Origin: Sphingomonas sp.
Lineage (GTDB): Bacteria; Pseudomonadota; Alphaproteobacteria; Sphingomonadales; Sphingomonadaceae
Direction: 5' to 3'
DNA: 64,000 nt
Assembly (NCBI RefSeq): GCF_042095875.1
Contig: NZ_JBELMJ010000002.1
Location: forward strand, 48,909 to 112,908
The notes below the pieces were generated by a model, which saw only the letters and a program-made list of their open reading frames with translations, was not told the origin of the DNA and made no database searches. Below are positions 1 through 10,002 of this stretch, piece by piece; position 1 is the first letter of the stretch; each line of letters starts with the position of its first letter. Position numbers and translations under genes: made by a program.

Positions 1-1282
1 CCACCGCGAAGCCGAGCACGTCGCCCGGCAATCCGGGGAACAGCCCCTTGTAGAACAGCCCGGCCGACACCTGGTTGTCGGTTACCGACGTCTTCCGGTC
101 GGCCTGCGTGACGTTCAGGAACACGTTCAACCCGGCGAGCGACTTGCCGTCCTTCGACTCGCCGGTGATCTGCTGCTGCACCGCGACGTACACGCCGTAG
201 CGGCTCGACCGGCTGAGCGGCGACACGCCCGTCACGACCGAGGCGCCGCGGTTCCGATCGAGCAGCACGTCGTCGCCGTTCGCGGTCGAGAATCAGCCGC
301 CGACCTTGTACGAGCCGACGCTACCGCCATCGCCGCCGCGCACCCAGCCGACCTCCGCGGGCACCAGCACGCCGGTCGCGCCGCTGAACCGCCACAGGAA
401 GAAATCGTCGTCGAGGTTGCGCGGATTGACCTCGTACACCGCGGTGCCGACGTACAGGTCGTTCGGCAGGTCGACGCGCACGCGCGCGCCCCACTGCCCA
501 ACCGGCCAGTTCTGCCAGTAGTCGCCGACGAGGTTGCCCGGCTGCGCACCGCAGAAGCTCAGGTTCTGGAAGTGGCAGGAGAAGACCGCGAAATCCTCGC
601 CGGGGTTGGTGCGGCCGAGCTTCACCTCCACCGCCTCGCCGATCCGCTGCTCGTACCAGAATTGCGTCAGCCGCACCGTCTGCCCGCGGCCGTACACCTC
701 CTGCACCTGCTGCAACGTGCCGAGCCCGGCGTCGGCGCCCAGGTCGCGCCCGCGCCGCCACGTGACCGTCGCCTGGAACGCGCCGCCCTTAAGTCCGACG
801 ACCTTGTCGAGGTCGAGCAGAACGCCCGCGTCGAGCTGCCCCGTCTCGCGCCACAGCTTCCGCTCGCCGCCCGCGACATTGTACCCGCTCTCCGACGCGT
901 AGCGCGCGGTCAGCCCGATGCCGCGCGCGCCCAATCGCGATCGGATCGCCTGCCAGTCGCCGATCAGGCCCGGCGGCGGGCTGCCCTGCGTGTCGCCGAT
1001 CAGCGCGGACGGCGAGGTATCGCGCACCGGACGCAGCCGGGTGCGCGGTTGCCGCCGCGTGTCGGTGAGCGAGCCGGTCGGCGCCTGCTGCGTCACCGCG
1101 TCGTCGGCCGCCTGGGTGGCGGGCACCTGCGTATCGTTCTCGTCGGGCGCGGGCGCCGGTGCGCCGACGTCGACCTGCTGCGCCGCGACCGGCGGGGAGA
1201 AGGTGATCGCTGCCCCCGCCAGCACCGCGCCCAATCCGGCCCGCGTCAGCCGATCCACCCGCGTCGTCTTCATCTTCCTCAT
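1..1282 (-). pseudogene. OprB-family carbohydrate-selective porin interrupted by an in-frame TGA at 293-295; the C-terminal part runs off the window start
   Basis: ORF 293..1282 has a signal peptide (MRKMKTTRVDRLTRAGLGAVLAGAAITFSPPVAAQQ) and OprB-like barrel sequence (GLTARYASESGYNVAGG, TQFWYEQR, GDYWQNWPVGQWGARV). The same frame stays open beyond the TGA down to position 1 (YKVGG*FSTANGDDVLLDRNRGASVVTG...GLFYKGLFPGLPGDVLGFAV). Confidence 0.7.
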
Positions 1283-1336
1283 CGCCGTACCCGGAACGAC
1301 ATCGCTCCCATCATGCCTCGATCACGACCCCTGCGA

Positions 1337-2164
1337 TCAGTCGCGCAGCAGCTCGTTGATCCCGGTCTTCTCGCGCGTCTGCGCGTCGACGCGCTTCACG
1401 ATCACCGCGCAATACAGATTGGGGCCCTTGCCGGTCGAGGACGGCGCCGATCCTGCCACCACCACCGAGTAGGGCGGCACCTCGCCGTAGAAGGTTTCGC
1501 CGGTTTCGCGGTCGATGATCCGCGTCGACTTGCCCAGGTACACGCCCATCGACAGCACCGCGCCCTCGCCGACGCGCACGCCCTCCGCCACTTCGGACCG
1601 CGCGCCGATGAAGGCGCCGTCGCCGATGATGACCGGATCGGCCTGGAGCGGTTCCAGCACGCCGCCGATCCCGACTCCACCCGACAGATGGACGTTGCGC
1701 CCAATCTGCGCGCAGCTGCCGACCGTCGCCCAGGTGTCGACCATCGTGCCCTCACCGACATAGGCGCCGATGTTGACGAAGCTCGGCATCAGGATTGCGC
1801 CCCTGCCGACATAGGCGCCGCGCCGAACGACGCTGCCCGGCACGGCGCGGAACCCTGCGGCACGGAACTGCGCCTCGCTCCATCCCGAGAATTTCGACGA
1901 CACCTTGTCGAACCAGTGGCCCTGGCCGGGTCCGTTGTCGATCAGGGCATTGTCGTTGAGGCGAAAGCTCAGCAGCACCGCCTTCTTCAACCACTGGTTG
2001 ACGCGCCAGCCGCCCGCCCCGTCCGGCTCCGCCACGCGCGCGGTGCCGACGTCGAGCTGCGCCAGCGCCTCGTTCACCGCGTCGCGCACGTCACCAGAGG
2101 TGGACAGCCCGATCTCGGCGCGGTTCTCCCACGCGGTGTCGATGGTCTGGGCGAGATCGGTCAT
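1337..2164 (-). CDS. dapD: 2,3,4,5-tetrahydropyridine-2,6-dicarboxylate N-succinyltransferase
   Basis: DapD-like over the full length ([14 protein letters not shown], hexapeptide region [43 protein letters not shown]). I chose the ATG at 2164 (MTDLAQT) rather than the track start at 2269. It forms an ATGA overlap with the stop of the upstream gene. Confidence 0.92.
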   Translation of the reverse strand: MTDLAQTIDTAWENRAEIGLSTSGDVRDAVNEALAQLDVGTARVAEPDGAGGWRVNQWLKKAVLLSFRLNDNALIDNGPGQGHWFDKVSSKFSGWSEAQFRAAGFRAVPGSVVRRGAYVGRGAILMPSFVNIGAYVGEGTMVDTWATVGSCAQIGRNVHLSGGVGIGGVLEPLQADPVIIGDGAFIGARSEVAEGVRVGEGAVLSMGVYLGKSTRIIDRETGETFYGEVPPYSVVVAGSAPSSTGKGPNLYCAVIVKRVDAQTREKTGINELLRD

Positions 2165-2826
2165 AGGTTCTCCGTGATCTGGTTGAGCCACTGCGTCACG
2201 TCGGTGACGCGAAAGTCGACGAAGCTGCGGTCGGCGTCGTGGTCCTGCTCGCTGCCGTTGTCGATCCACACCGTCGTCATGCCGATCGCCTTGGCGGGTC
2301 TCAGGTTGCGCGCCATATCCTCCACGAACAACGCCCGCCCCGGATCAATCCCGAACGCGCTGCAGATGCCGGCGTAGGCGGCAGGGGCGGGCTTAGGCAC
2401 CAGGTCCATCGCGTGGATGTCGTGGACCGCCTCGAAACTCTCCCCCAGCTCCAGCCGGTCGAGTACCTTAAGCGCGTAGGGCTTGTCGCCGTTGGTGAAC
2501 ACGATCTTGCGCCCCGGCAGCTTCGCGAGCGCCGCCGCCATTGGCGCGTTCGCCTCCAGCACGTCCATCTCGATGTCGTGGACGTAAGCCAGGAACGCCG
2601 CCGGATCGACCTCGTGCTCCGCCATCAGTCCGGCGAGCGTGGTGCCGTGGCCGAGAAAATACGCCTTCTGCACTCGGTGCGCCTCGGCGAGATCAAGCGA
2701 CAACAGGTCCGCGATGAACGCGGTCATCCGCCGGTCGATCAGCGCGAACAGGTTCGCGGACGCGGGATAGAGCGTGTTGTCGAGGTCGAACAACCAGGTG
2801 TCGATATGGGCGAGTTCGGGCAGCAT
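2161..2826 (-). CDS. HAD-superfamily pyrimidine 5'-nucleotidase-like hydrolase
   Basis: HAD motif I is FDLDNTLY and the C-terminal motif is FVEDMARNL. Only the last ~221 codons of track ORF 2161..3624 look coding. The start is ATG 2826 (MLPELAHID), or alternatively 2859. Confidence 0.75.
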   Translation of the reverse strand: MLPELAHIDTWLFDLDNTLYPASANLFALIDRRMTAFIADLLSLDLAEAHRVQKAYFLGHGTTLAGLMAEHEVDPAAFLAYVHDIEMDVLEANAPMAAALAKLPGRKIVFTNGDKPYALKVLDRLELGESFEAVHDIHAMDLVPKPAPAAYAGICSAFGIDPGRALFVEDMARNLRPAKAIGMTTVWIDNGSEQDHDADRSFVDFRVTDVTQWLNQITENL

Positions 2827-2943
2827 CGCCGCGCGCTCTACTGCGCTTCGCGCCCGCATTGAAGCCGCCTTGAGAAGCTGCGCTGTACGGCTATCAAGCT
2901 CACCTGTCTGGCGCGAGGCAGGCTCCGCCCCCATCTTCGATCC

Positions 2944-3942
2944 ATGACGCTCTACTCGCTCCTCGATCTCGTCCCCGTCGTCGAAGGCGGCACCGTGTCG
3001 CAGTCGCTGGCGAACGCCGCCGACCTCGCGCGCCACGCCGAAACGCTCGGCTTCAACCGCTACTGGGTGGCCGAGCACCACGGCATGAAGGGGATCGCGT
3101 CGGCCGCGACCGCGGTCGTGATCGCGCACGTCGCCGGCGCGACGACGCACATCCGCGTCGGCGCGGGCGGCATCATGCTGCCCAATTCGGCACCGCTCCA
3201 GATCGCGGAGCAGTTCGGCACGCTCGACGCGCTGTTCCCCGGCCGTATCGACCTGGGGCTCGGCCGCGCGCCCGGCAGCGACCAGCGCGTCGCGCACGCG
3301 CTGCGCCGCACTCTCGCCAGCGACGCCAATCAGTTCCCCAACGACGTGGTCGAGCTGCAGAGCTATTTCGCCGACGACGGCCGCACCGGCATCTCCGCGA
3401 CGCCGGGCGCGGGCGCCAGGCCGGAAATGTGGATCCTCGGCTCCAGCACTTTCGGCGCGCAGCTCGCCGCGATCCTGGGGCTCCCCTACGCGTTCGCGTC
3501 GCACTTCGCCCCCGACGCGCTCGACGCCGCGCTCGCGATCTATCGCCGCGATTTCCGCCCCCCGGCACAGCTCGGGCGGCCCTACGCAATGGCCGGGTTC
3601 AACGTCTTCGCCGCCGACACGCACGACGAGGCCGAGTTCCTCGCCAGCTCGCAGCAGCAGTCGTTTATCGCGCTGCGCACCGGCACACCGGGGTTAATGA
3701 AGCCGCCGGTCGCGAACTACCGCGCCAGCCTGCCGCCCGCGCACGCCGCGATGCTCGACAGCGTGCTGTCCTGCTCCGCGATCGGCACCCGCGACGAGGT
3801 GGCGCGCGGGATCGCCGCGTTTGTCGCACGCACCGGCGTCAACGAGGTGATGGTGACCAGCGCGATCTACGACCACGACGCGCGCAAGCACTCGCTCAGC
3901 CTCACCGCCGATGCGATGGCAGAGCTCCGCCAAGCCGCCTAA
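2944..3942 (+). CDS. LLM-class (luciferase-like) flavin-dependent oxidoreductase
   Basis: [17 protein letters not shown] and [36 protein letters not shown] are typical of the luciferase-like monooxygenase family. Confidence 0.85.
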   Translation: MTLYSLLDLVPVVEGGTVSQSLANAADLARHAETLGFNRYWVAEHHGMKGIASAATAVVIAHVAGATTHIRVGAGGIMLPNSAPLQIAEQFGTLDALFPGRIDLGLGRAPGSDQRVAHALRRTLASDANQFPNDVVELQSYFADDGRTGISATPGAGARPEMWILGSSTFGAQLAAILGLPYAFASHFAPDALDAALAIYRRDFRPPAQLGRPYAMAGFNVFAADTHDEAEFLASSQQQSFIALRTGTPGLMKPPVANYRASLPPAHAAMLDSVLSCSAIGTRDEVARGIAAFVARTGVNEVMVTSAIYDHDARKHSLSLTADAMAELRQAA

Positions 3943-3947
3943 CCCGA

Positions 3948-3970
3948 GCGGGAGGGCATTGCCCTCCCGC
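3948..3970 (+). terminator. Perfect 10-bp stem hairpin downstream of the oxidoreductase gene
   Basis: GCGGGAGGGC-att-GCCCTCCCGC begins 5 nt after the TAA stop. There is no T-tract, so it could be a REP-like or processing hairpin rather than an intrinsic terminator. Confidence 0.4.
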
Positions 3971-3993
3971 GCCCGCGCGGTTACGCCGCCCGC

Positions 3994-4467
<474 letters not shown>

Positions 4468-4490
4468 TTTTACCCCAGACGGAACTCGCC

Positions 4491-5576
4491 ATGCCGCTCG
4501 CCCAGCTTGACCGTCCGCTTGCCCCCGGCGGCACCATCGGCATCCTGGGCGGTGGGCAGCTCGGCCGCATGATCGCGGTCGCCGCGGCGCAGCTCGGCTA
4601 CCGCACCCACGTGCTCGCCCCCGACCGCGAGAGCGTCGCCGCGCAGACCGCCTCGAGCCTGACGCGCGCCGATTACCACAACAAGGTCGTGCTGGCTGAC
4701 TTCGCCGCGCAGTGTGACGTCGTCACCTACGAGTTCGAGAATATCGCGGTCGCCCCGGTCGAGTGGCTCGCCGAGCGCGTCCCCGTCTATCCGCCACCCC
4801 AGAGCCTCGCGGTCGCGCAGGACCGCGTGCGCGAGAAGCGCTTCGTCGAGGAAGTCGGCGGTCGCCCGGCGCGCTGGCAGGCGGTCGGCACCCGCGCCGA
4901 CCTGGACGCCGCACTCGCCGCAATCGGCACGCCCGCGGTGCTCAAGACCACGCGCTTCGGCTATGACGGCAAGGGCCAGATGCGCATCAACGATGCGGCC
5001 GAAGCGGATTCGGCGTGGGAGGCGATCGGCGGCCCCGCGATCCTCGAGGCATTCGTCACCTTTAGCCACGAATTCTCGATCCTGCTGGTGCGCGGCATCG
5101 ATGGCACGATCACCAGCTACCCGCCGCCGTGGAATGAGCACCGCGACGCGATCCTGCACCGCTCGACGCTCCCCGCGCCCGCCGAGATCGCTCAGCAATG
5201 GACCGAGACGGCGGCGCTGACCGGGCGCATCGCCGACGCGCTCGGCCACGTCGGCGTGCTGACGTGCGAGTATTTCGCCGGTTCCGACGGACCCGTGTTC
5301 AACGAGATGGCGCCGCGCGTCCACAATTCGGGGCATTGGACGATCGAGGGCGCGGAAACATCGCAATTCGCCAACCACGTCCGCGCGATCTGCGGCCTGC
5401 CGCTCGGCGACACCGCGCTGAACGCGCACGCGGTCGTGATGGAGAATCTGATCGGCGACGAGTGGCACCGCTGGAACGACCTGGTCGCCGCCCCGCGCAC
5501 CCACCTGCACCTCTACGGCAAGCGCGAGGCGCGCCCCGGCCGCAAGATGGGCCACGTCACGCGGCTGGAGCGCTGA
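4491..5576 (+). CDS. purK: 5-(carboxyamino)imidazole ribonucleotide synthase (ATP-grasp)
   Basis: GILGGGQLGRM, YEFENI and NEMAPRVHNSGHWTIEG. I chose the ATG at 4491, just after the purE stop, rather than the track start at 4425. Confidence 0.92.
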   Translation: MPLAQLDRPLAPGGTIGILGGGQLGRMIAVAAAQLGYRTHVLAPDRESVAAQTASSLTRADYHNKVVLADFAAQCDVVTYEFENIAVAPVEWLAERVPVYPPPQSLAVAQDRVREKRFVEEVGGRPARWQAVGTRADLDAALAAIGTPAVLKTTRFGYDGKGQMRINDAAEADSAWEAIGGPAILEAFVTFSHEFSILLVRGIDGTITSYPPPWNEHRDAILHRSTLPAPAEIAQQWTETAALTGRIADALGHVGVLTCEYFAGSDGPVFNEMAPRVHNSGHWTIEGAETSQFANHVRAICGLPLGDTALNAHAVVMENLIGDEWHRWNDLVAAPRTHLHLYGKREARPGRKMGHVTRLER

Positions 5577-5626
5577 GGCCGCGAGCGTCCGACATGAAGC
5601 CAACTCACACCTTTCCCTATCACCCG

Positions 5627-5660
5627 CCGTCACCCCGGACTTGATCCGGGGTCCCGCTTC
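5627..5660 (+). repeat. REP-like palindromic element (one copy of a family also present at 18887-18972)
   Basis: In CCGTCACCCCGGACTTGATCCGGGGTCCCGCTTC the core CCCCGGA-cttga-TCCGGGG is a 7-bp hairpin. It is near-identical to the reverse complement of 18944-18972. Confidence 0.6.
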
Positions 5661-5762
5661 TATCTGCAAGCCGGATGCGAGGCCGCATCGAGCGGCGCAG
5701 CATAGCTCCCTGCCACGCCGCTGCCTTGCTGCTGCCCAGCTTCGCCGCCAAAGGCGCGCAGG

Positions 5763-6437
5763 ATGACTCGCTACGCGTTCTACGATCTGGACCGCACGAT
5801 CACGCGCCTGCCGACCTGGTCCGCGTTCCTGCTGTTCGCCGCGCGGCGCCGCGCGCCGTGGCGGCTGGCGCTCGTCCCGGCCGCCGCACTCGCCGCGGTC
5901 GCGCACAAGGGCGGGCTGCTCAATCGCGATCGCCTGAAGGAAGTCATGCACCGCCTGCTGATCGGCGGCGCGGTGTCCGCCGATGACCTTGCCCGCGTCG
6001 CCGATGCCTTCGCCGAGCGTCAGGTCGCGGGCAACGTCCGCGCCGGCGCCGCGCAGCGCATCGCCGCGGACAAGGCCGCCGGCTACCGCGTCGTGCTCGC
6101 CACCGCCGCGCACCGCTTCTACGCCGAGAGGATCGCGCGCCGGCTCGGCATCGCCGACGTGATCGCGACCGAGGCGACGACCGCGTCCGATGGCCGCGTG
6201 CGGCACCACCTGTCGGGCGCCAACGTCTACGGCGCCGCCAAGCTCGCCGCCGTTACTGCCTGGCTTGGCCGTCGGGGCGAGCCGCGGGACTCGCAGCACG
6301 TCCGCTTCTACAGCGACCACCCTACCGACGCGCCCTGCCTCGCCTTCGCCGACGAGGGGTTCGCGGTCCACCCCGACGCACGCCTTCGCGCACTGGCCGG
6401 CGCGAACGGCTGGCCGATCCTCGACTGGACCCGCTGA
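5763..6437 (+). CDS. HAD-IB family hydrolase/phosphatase (SerB-like subfamily)
   Basis: N-terminal motif FYDLDRTIT, and HAD-IB-like length and cap region. The stop overlaps the next start (TGATG). Confidence 0.7.
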   Translation: MTRYAFYDLDRTITRLPTWSAFLLFAARRRAPWRLALVPAAALAAVAHKGGLLNRDRLKEVMHRLLIGGAVSADDLARVADAFAERQVAGNVRAGAAQRIAADKAAGYRVVLATAAHRFYAERIARRLGIADVIATEATTASDGRVRHHLSGANVYGAAKLAAVTAWLGRRGEPRDSQHVRFYSDHPTDAPCLAFADEGFAVHPDARLRALAGANGWPILDWTR

Positions 6438-7159
6438 TGCGCGCGATTATCCTCAGCGCCGGGCGCGGCTCGCGGCTGCTCCCGCTGACCGATCTGATGC
6501 CCAAATGCCTCGTGCCGGTCGGCGGACGCGCGATCCTCGACCATCAGTTGCACGCGCTGGCCGAGGCCGGCGTAGGCGAGGCAATCGTCGTCGCGGGCTA
6601 TCGCCACGATCAGGTCGGCGCGCACCTCGCCACGCATCGCCCGCCGCTTGGCGTCACGCTGCGCTTCAATCCCTTCTGGGCGGTGTCGAGCAGCATCGGC
6701 AGCGTCTGGGCGGCGCGCGACGTGCTCGACCACGCCTTCTGCCTGCTGAACGGCGACACGACGCTGACCGGCCCCATTCTCGCGCGCGCGCTGGCGCACG
6801 ACGGCGAGTACGACCGCGCGGGAGTCGGCTTGGTGGTGGAGCCGATCGCGCGCGCCGACAGCGACGACATGCTGGTCCAGGTCGACGGCGAGCGCGTCGC
6901 CGCGGTGTCGAAGGCGCTGCCGGCCGAACGCGCGACGCACCGCTCGCTCGGCGTCGTCGTCGCGGGCGCGCAGAGCGGCTACCTTCCCGTCCTCGACCGC
7001 GTGATCGCGGGGGCGGACGGGATCAACGCTTACCACCACGACGTCGTCGCCGCGCTCGCCACGCAGGGCGCGGTCCACGCGATCGTCGAGGAGAGCGGCG
7101 GCTGGGTCGAGATCGACCGGCCCGAGGATGTCGAGCGCTGGAACGCGCAGCCGCGATGA
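6437..7159 (+). CDS. Nucleotidyltransferase (LicC-like or sugar/alcohol-phosphate cytidylyltransferase-like)
   Basis: Nucleotide-binding loop MRAIILSAGRGSRLLPLTDLMPKCLVPVGG. ATGA overlap with the following gene. Confidence 0.7.
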   Translation: MRAIILSAGRGSRLLPLTDLMPKCLVPVGGRAILDHQLHALAEAGVGEAIVVAGYRHDQVGAHLATHRPPLGVTLRFNPFWAVSSSIGSVWAARDVLDHAFCLLNGDTTLTGPILARALAHDGEYDRAGVGLVVEPIARADSDDMLVQVDGERVAAVSKALPAERATHRSLGVVVAGAQSGYLPVLDRVIAGADGINAYHHDVVAALATQGAVHAIVEESGGWVEIDRPEDVERWNAQPR

Positions 7160-8286
7160 CCGCGGCTCCGGTCGCCTTCCTGTTCCTCGGCGAAACGCTG
7201 CTGATCCCGCACCTCTTCCCGATCGTGGAGGCGCTCGCCGACGCGCGCCCCGACCTGCCGCTCGACCTCTGGGTCAGCACCTCGACGCACGAGCGATTGC
7301 TCGCCGGCTGGACCGCGCATCTGCCGCACGTCCGCGTCCGCCGCGCCCCCGGCTTTCGCCACCTCGCCGCCGCCACGCCCGGCGAGCGCCCGGTGCTGCC
7401 GCTCAAGCTGCCGATGCTGCTCCGCCTCGCGCCTGCCCTCGCCCGCACCCGCGTCGTCGTCTGCGCCGAACAGACCAGCCTGTGGCTGCCGCGACTGTTC
7501 CCGTGGGCGCGCACGCGCTTCGTCAAGACCTCGCATGGCGTGGGTTCGATGAGCGCGCGCGACGACCGCCGCCGGTTGGCGGCGTCCTACACGCTGGTGC
7601 CGAGCGAGCAGGAGCGCGCCACCTATCTCGCGCGCGGCATGGCGCCCGACCGGATCGAGGCGACCGGCTACGTCAAGGCCGCCTTTCGCCAGCGCACGCC
7701 AGCGCGCACGCTGTTCGCGGACGATCGCCCGGTGCTGCTCTACACCCCGCACTGGCAGGCGCATCGCTCGTCCTGGCCGGCCTGGGGCGCGCAGGTGGTC
7801 GAACAGCTCAGCCAGCAGCGCGACTGGAACGTCATCCTCGCGCCGCACCAGCGCCTGATCGAGCGCGCGCCCGAGGTCCGCGACGTGCTCGCCCGCGTCG
7901 CGCACCTGCCGCACGTCCATGCCGACCTCGACAGTTTCGCGACCGTCGACGGCAGCTACACCGCGGCGGCCGACATCTACCTCGGCGATACGTCGAGTCA
8001 GCTGATCGAGTTCCTGGCCCGCCCACGCTCCGCGGTCTTCCTCGACGCGCACGCGCGCGCCTGGGCGGATGACCCCGCCTACGCGATGTGGCGCGCGGGC
8101 GAGGTCGTCGACGAGCTCGCCGACCTGCTTCCCGCGCTCGCCCGCGCCACCGCGCGCCATGCCGACTTCGCCGCGACCCAGCACGCGATCGCCACCGCCG
8201 CGCTCGGCGACGCGAGCGGTGCCGGCGCTCACCGCGCGGCCGAGGCCGTGCTGCGCGTCCTCGCCAACACCCCACCCCGCCGTTAA
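7156..8286 (+). CDS. Putative TagB/TagF-like (CDP-glycerol glycerophosphotransferase-like) transferase; function uncertain
   Basis: This is the last 376 codons of track ORF 6190..8286, starting MTAAPVAFLF. PVLLYTPHWQAHR, NVILAPHQRL and ADIYLGDTSSQLIEFL resemble the xLYAPTxR / HP / SDxLITDYSS blocks of the teichoic-acid glycerophosphotransferase family. Confidence 0.45.
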   Translation: MTAAPVAFLFLGETLLIPHLFPIVEALADARPDLPLDLWVSTSTHERLLAGWTAHLPHVRVRRAPGFRHLAAATPGERPVLPLKLPMLLRLAPALARTRVVVCAEQTSLWLPRLFPWARTRFVKTSHGVGSMSARDDRRRLAASYTLVPSEQERATYLARGMAPDRIEATGYVKAAFRQRTPARTLFADDRPVLLYTPHWQAHRSSWPAWGAQVVEQLSQQRDWNVILAPHQRLIERAPEVRDVLARVAHLPHVHADLDSFATVDGSYTAAADIYLGDTSSQLIEFLARPRSAVFLDAHARAWADDPAYAMWRAGEVVDELADLLPALARATARHADFAATQHAIATAALGDASGAGAHRAAEAVLRVLANTPPRR

Positions 8287-8296
8287 AGCGCCGCCG

Positions 8297-9421
8297 ATGC
8301 AGCCGACCGAGTCTCTTCAGCCCGCGGTGGTGCCGCTGGGCGACAATCCCGTGCTCCTGTGGGGCATGACCGCGTGCGAGCGGCTGCGCCGCATTGCCGC
8401 CGCGCGGAAACTGGCGTTCGACGACCCGGGGGCGGCGAGCGAGACCGTTATTCTATCCGACCTCGCCTACGTGTTCGATCCCGCCTGGATCGTCTGGCTC
8501 CAGCCGCGCCCCGGTACCGTGCTGACGCGCGAGGGTCGGGTCGTGCTCGCGCACGTCGCCGCCGCCGATCGTGCCGCGTGCGAGCGCGCGATCGTCGAAG
8601 GCGTCGCCATCCCTGCGCACCTCGAACAGGTCGCAGCCGAGCGCGACGAAGGCGTCTTCAACGAAGCGCTGCGCAAGCGTGAGCGCCCCTTCGCTGAGGC
8701 ATTGGTGCCCGCCGCCGTGCCGGCGATCGAGCGCGCCAGCTACGTCGGCGCGTACAAGGGGGTGACCGACCTCCTGACCAAATATCTCTGGCCCGAATGG
8801 GCGTTCGCGCTGACCAGGCTCGCGGCGCGCGTCGGCATCTCACCCAACGGTGTCACCGCGATCGGCTCGGTCTTGTGCATCGTCGCGACGATCGCCTTCT
8901 GGTACGGCTGGTTCTGGACCGGGCTCCTGACCGGGCTCGTCTTCATGGTGCTCGACACCGTCGACGGGAAGCTCGCGCGCTGCACCATCACCTCGTCCAG
9001 GCTCGGCAACGCATGGGACCACGGCGTCGACCTCGTCCACCCGCCGATCTGGTGGTGGGCCTGGGCGGCGGGCTGCGCGCCCTATGGCCGACCGCTGACG
9101 GACGCGACCTTCTGGGCGGTGATCGCGGCGATGCTGTTCGGCTACGTCGTGCAGCGATTGATCGAGGGCGCGTTCATTGTCCGCTTCGGCATGCATATCC
9201 ACGTGTGGGAACGCTTCGACAGCCGCTTCCGATTGGTCACCGCCAGGCGCAATCCCAACATGGTGATCCTGTTCGCCGCGCTGCTGGTCGCGCGGCCCGA
9301 CTGGGGGATCGTCGCGGTGGCGGTGTGGACGATGCTGTCGCTCGTCGTTCACGGCGTGCGGCTGCTGCAGGCGATGGTGCGCGCGCGCCGCGGCGAGCGA
9401 CTGACGAGCTGGCTGGCCTGA
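8297..9421 (+). CDS. CDP-alcohol phosphatidyltransferase family protein with a ~165-aa N-terminal soluble extension
   Basis: Complete signature DTVDGKLARCTITSSRLGNAWDHGVD (D-x2-DG-x2-AR-x8-G-x3-D-x3-D) at nt 8954-9031, followed by multiple TM segments. The start is the ATG at 8297 (MQPTESL), inside track ORF 8069..9421. Confidence 0.85.
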   Translation: MQPTESLQPAVVPLGDNPVLLWGMTACERLRRIAAARKLAFDDPGAASETVILSDLAYVFDPAWIVWLQPRPGTVLTREGRVVLAHVAAADRAACERAIVEGVAIPAHLEQVAAERDEGVFNEALRKRERPFAEALVPAAVPAIERASYVGAYKGVTDLLTKYLWPEWAFALTRLAARVGISPNGVTAIGSVLCIVATIAFWYGWFWTGLLTGLVFMVLDTVDGKLARCTITSSRLGNAWDHGVDLVHPPIWWWAWAAGCAPYGRPLTDATFWAVIAAMLFGYVVQRLIEGAFIVRFGMHIHVWERFDSRFRLVTARRNPNMVILFAALLVARPDWGIVAVAVWTMLSLVVHGVRLLQAMVRARRGERLTSWLA

Positions 9422-9464
9422 GCCGCCGGGTTGTGACCCGCGCGTCGGCGCCCATATCGCATTG

Positions 9465-9944
9465 ATGACACGACGTTTCTTCTACATCGCTGCCGCCGCC
9501 GCAGTGCTGGGCGGCTCTGCGTTCGCGCCCGAGACGGCGGCCGCGCAATCCTGCGTCGGCACGCCGGGCGCGGGCAAGGTGCGACTGGTGGTGAGCGCGA
9601 CCGAAATCCGCAACGCGCACGGCGAAATGGTCTTCACGCTCTACCCCGACGATTCGCGCCGCTTCCTCGCCAAGGGCGGCAAGCTCGCGCGCGTGCGCAC
9701 TCCCGCGCAGGCGCCCGTCACCGTCGCGTGCTTCTGGGTCGCCCCCGGTTCCTACGCGGTGGCAACCTACCACGACGAGAACGGCGATCACGATTTCAAC
9801 CGCACGTTGTTCACGATAAAGGAAGGCTTCGGCTTCTCCAACGACGCCCCCACAACGCTAGGCCTGCCCAGCCTGTCGCGCGTGCGATTCCCGGTCGGTA
9901 ACAGCGGCGCCGCGATCCGCGTGCGCACGCGCTACTCGCGCTAA
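9465..9944 (+). CDS. Secreted DUF2141-family protein
   Basis: Signal peptide MTRRFFYIAAAAAVLGGSAFAPETAAAQ. The pattern YHDENGDHDFNRTLFTIKEGFGFSND is typical of DUF2141. The ATG at 9465 directly follows the TTG at 9462. Confidence 0.7.
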   Translation: MTRRFFYIAAAAAVLGGSAFAPETAAAQSCVGTPGAGKVRLVVSATEIRNAHGEMVFTLYPDDSRRFLAKGGKLARVRTPAQAPVTVACFWVAPGSYAVATYHDENGDHDFNRTLFTIKEGFGFSNDAPTTLGLPSLSRVRFPVGNSGAAIRVRTRYSR

Positions 9945-10002
9945 GCGCCGTGGCGCGTAGCGCGATGCTGCACCATAGGGACACAATTTCGCCGGATCGC
10001 GC

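Noticed and set aside
293-295. The TGA in the porin as a selenocysteine codon
   Set aside because: No SECIS-like hairpin follows it. A periplasm-facing or outer-membrane barrel position is not a redox site. Trp, one transition away, is the natural expectation.
572-2377. 601-aa plus-strand ORF
   Set aside because: It is antisense to the OprB porin and dapD, both of which are clearly identified on the minus strand.
4470-6371. 633-aa minus-strand ORF
   Set aside because: It is antisense to purK and the HAD-IB gene, has no family resemblance, and carries no codon-position GC bias of its own beyond the mirror of the sense genes.
6190-7155. N-terminal 322 codons of track ORF 6190..8286
   Set aside because: This part is an off-frame read-through of the HAD-IB and nucleotidyltransferase genes. 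The genuine gene starts at the ATG at 7156, which overlaps the upstream stop.
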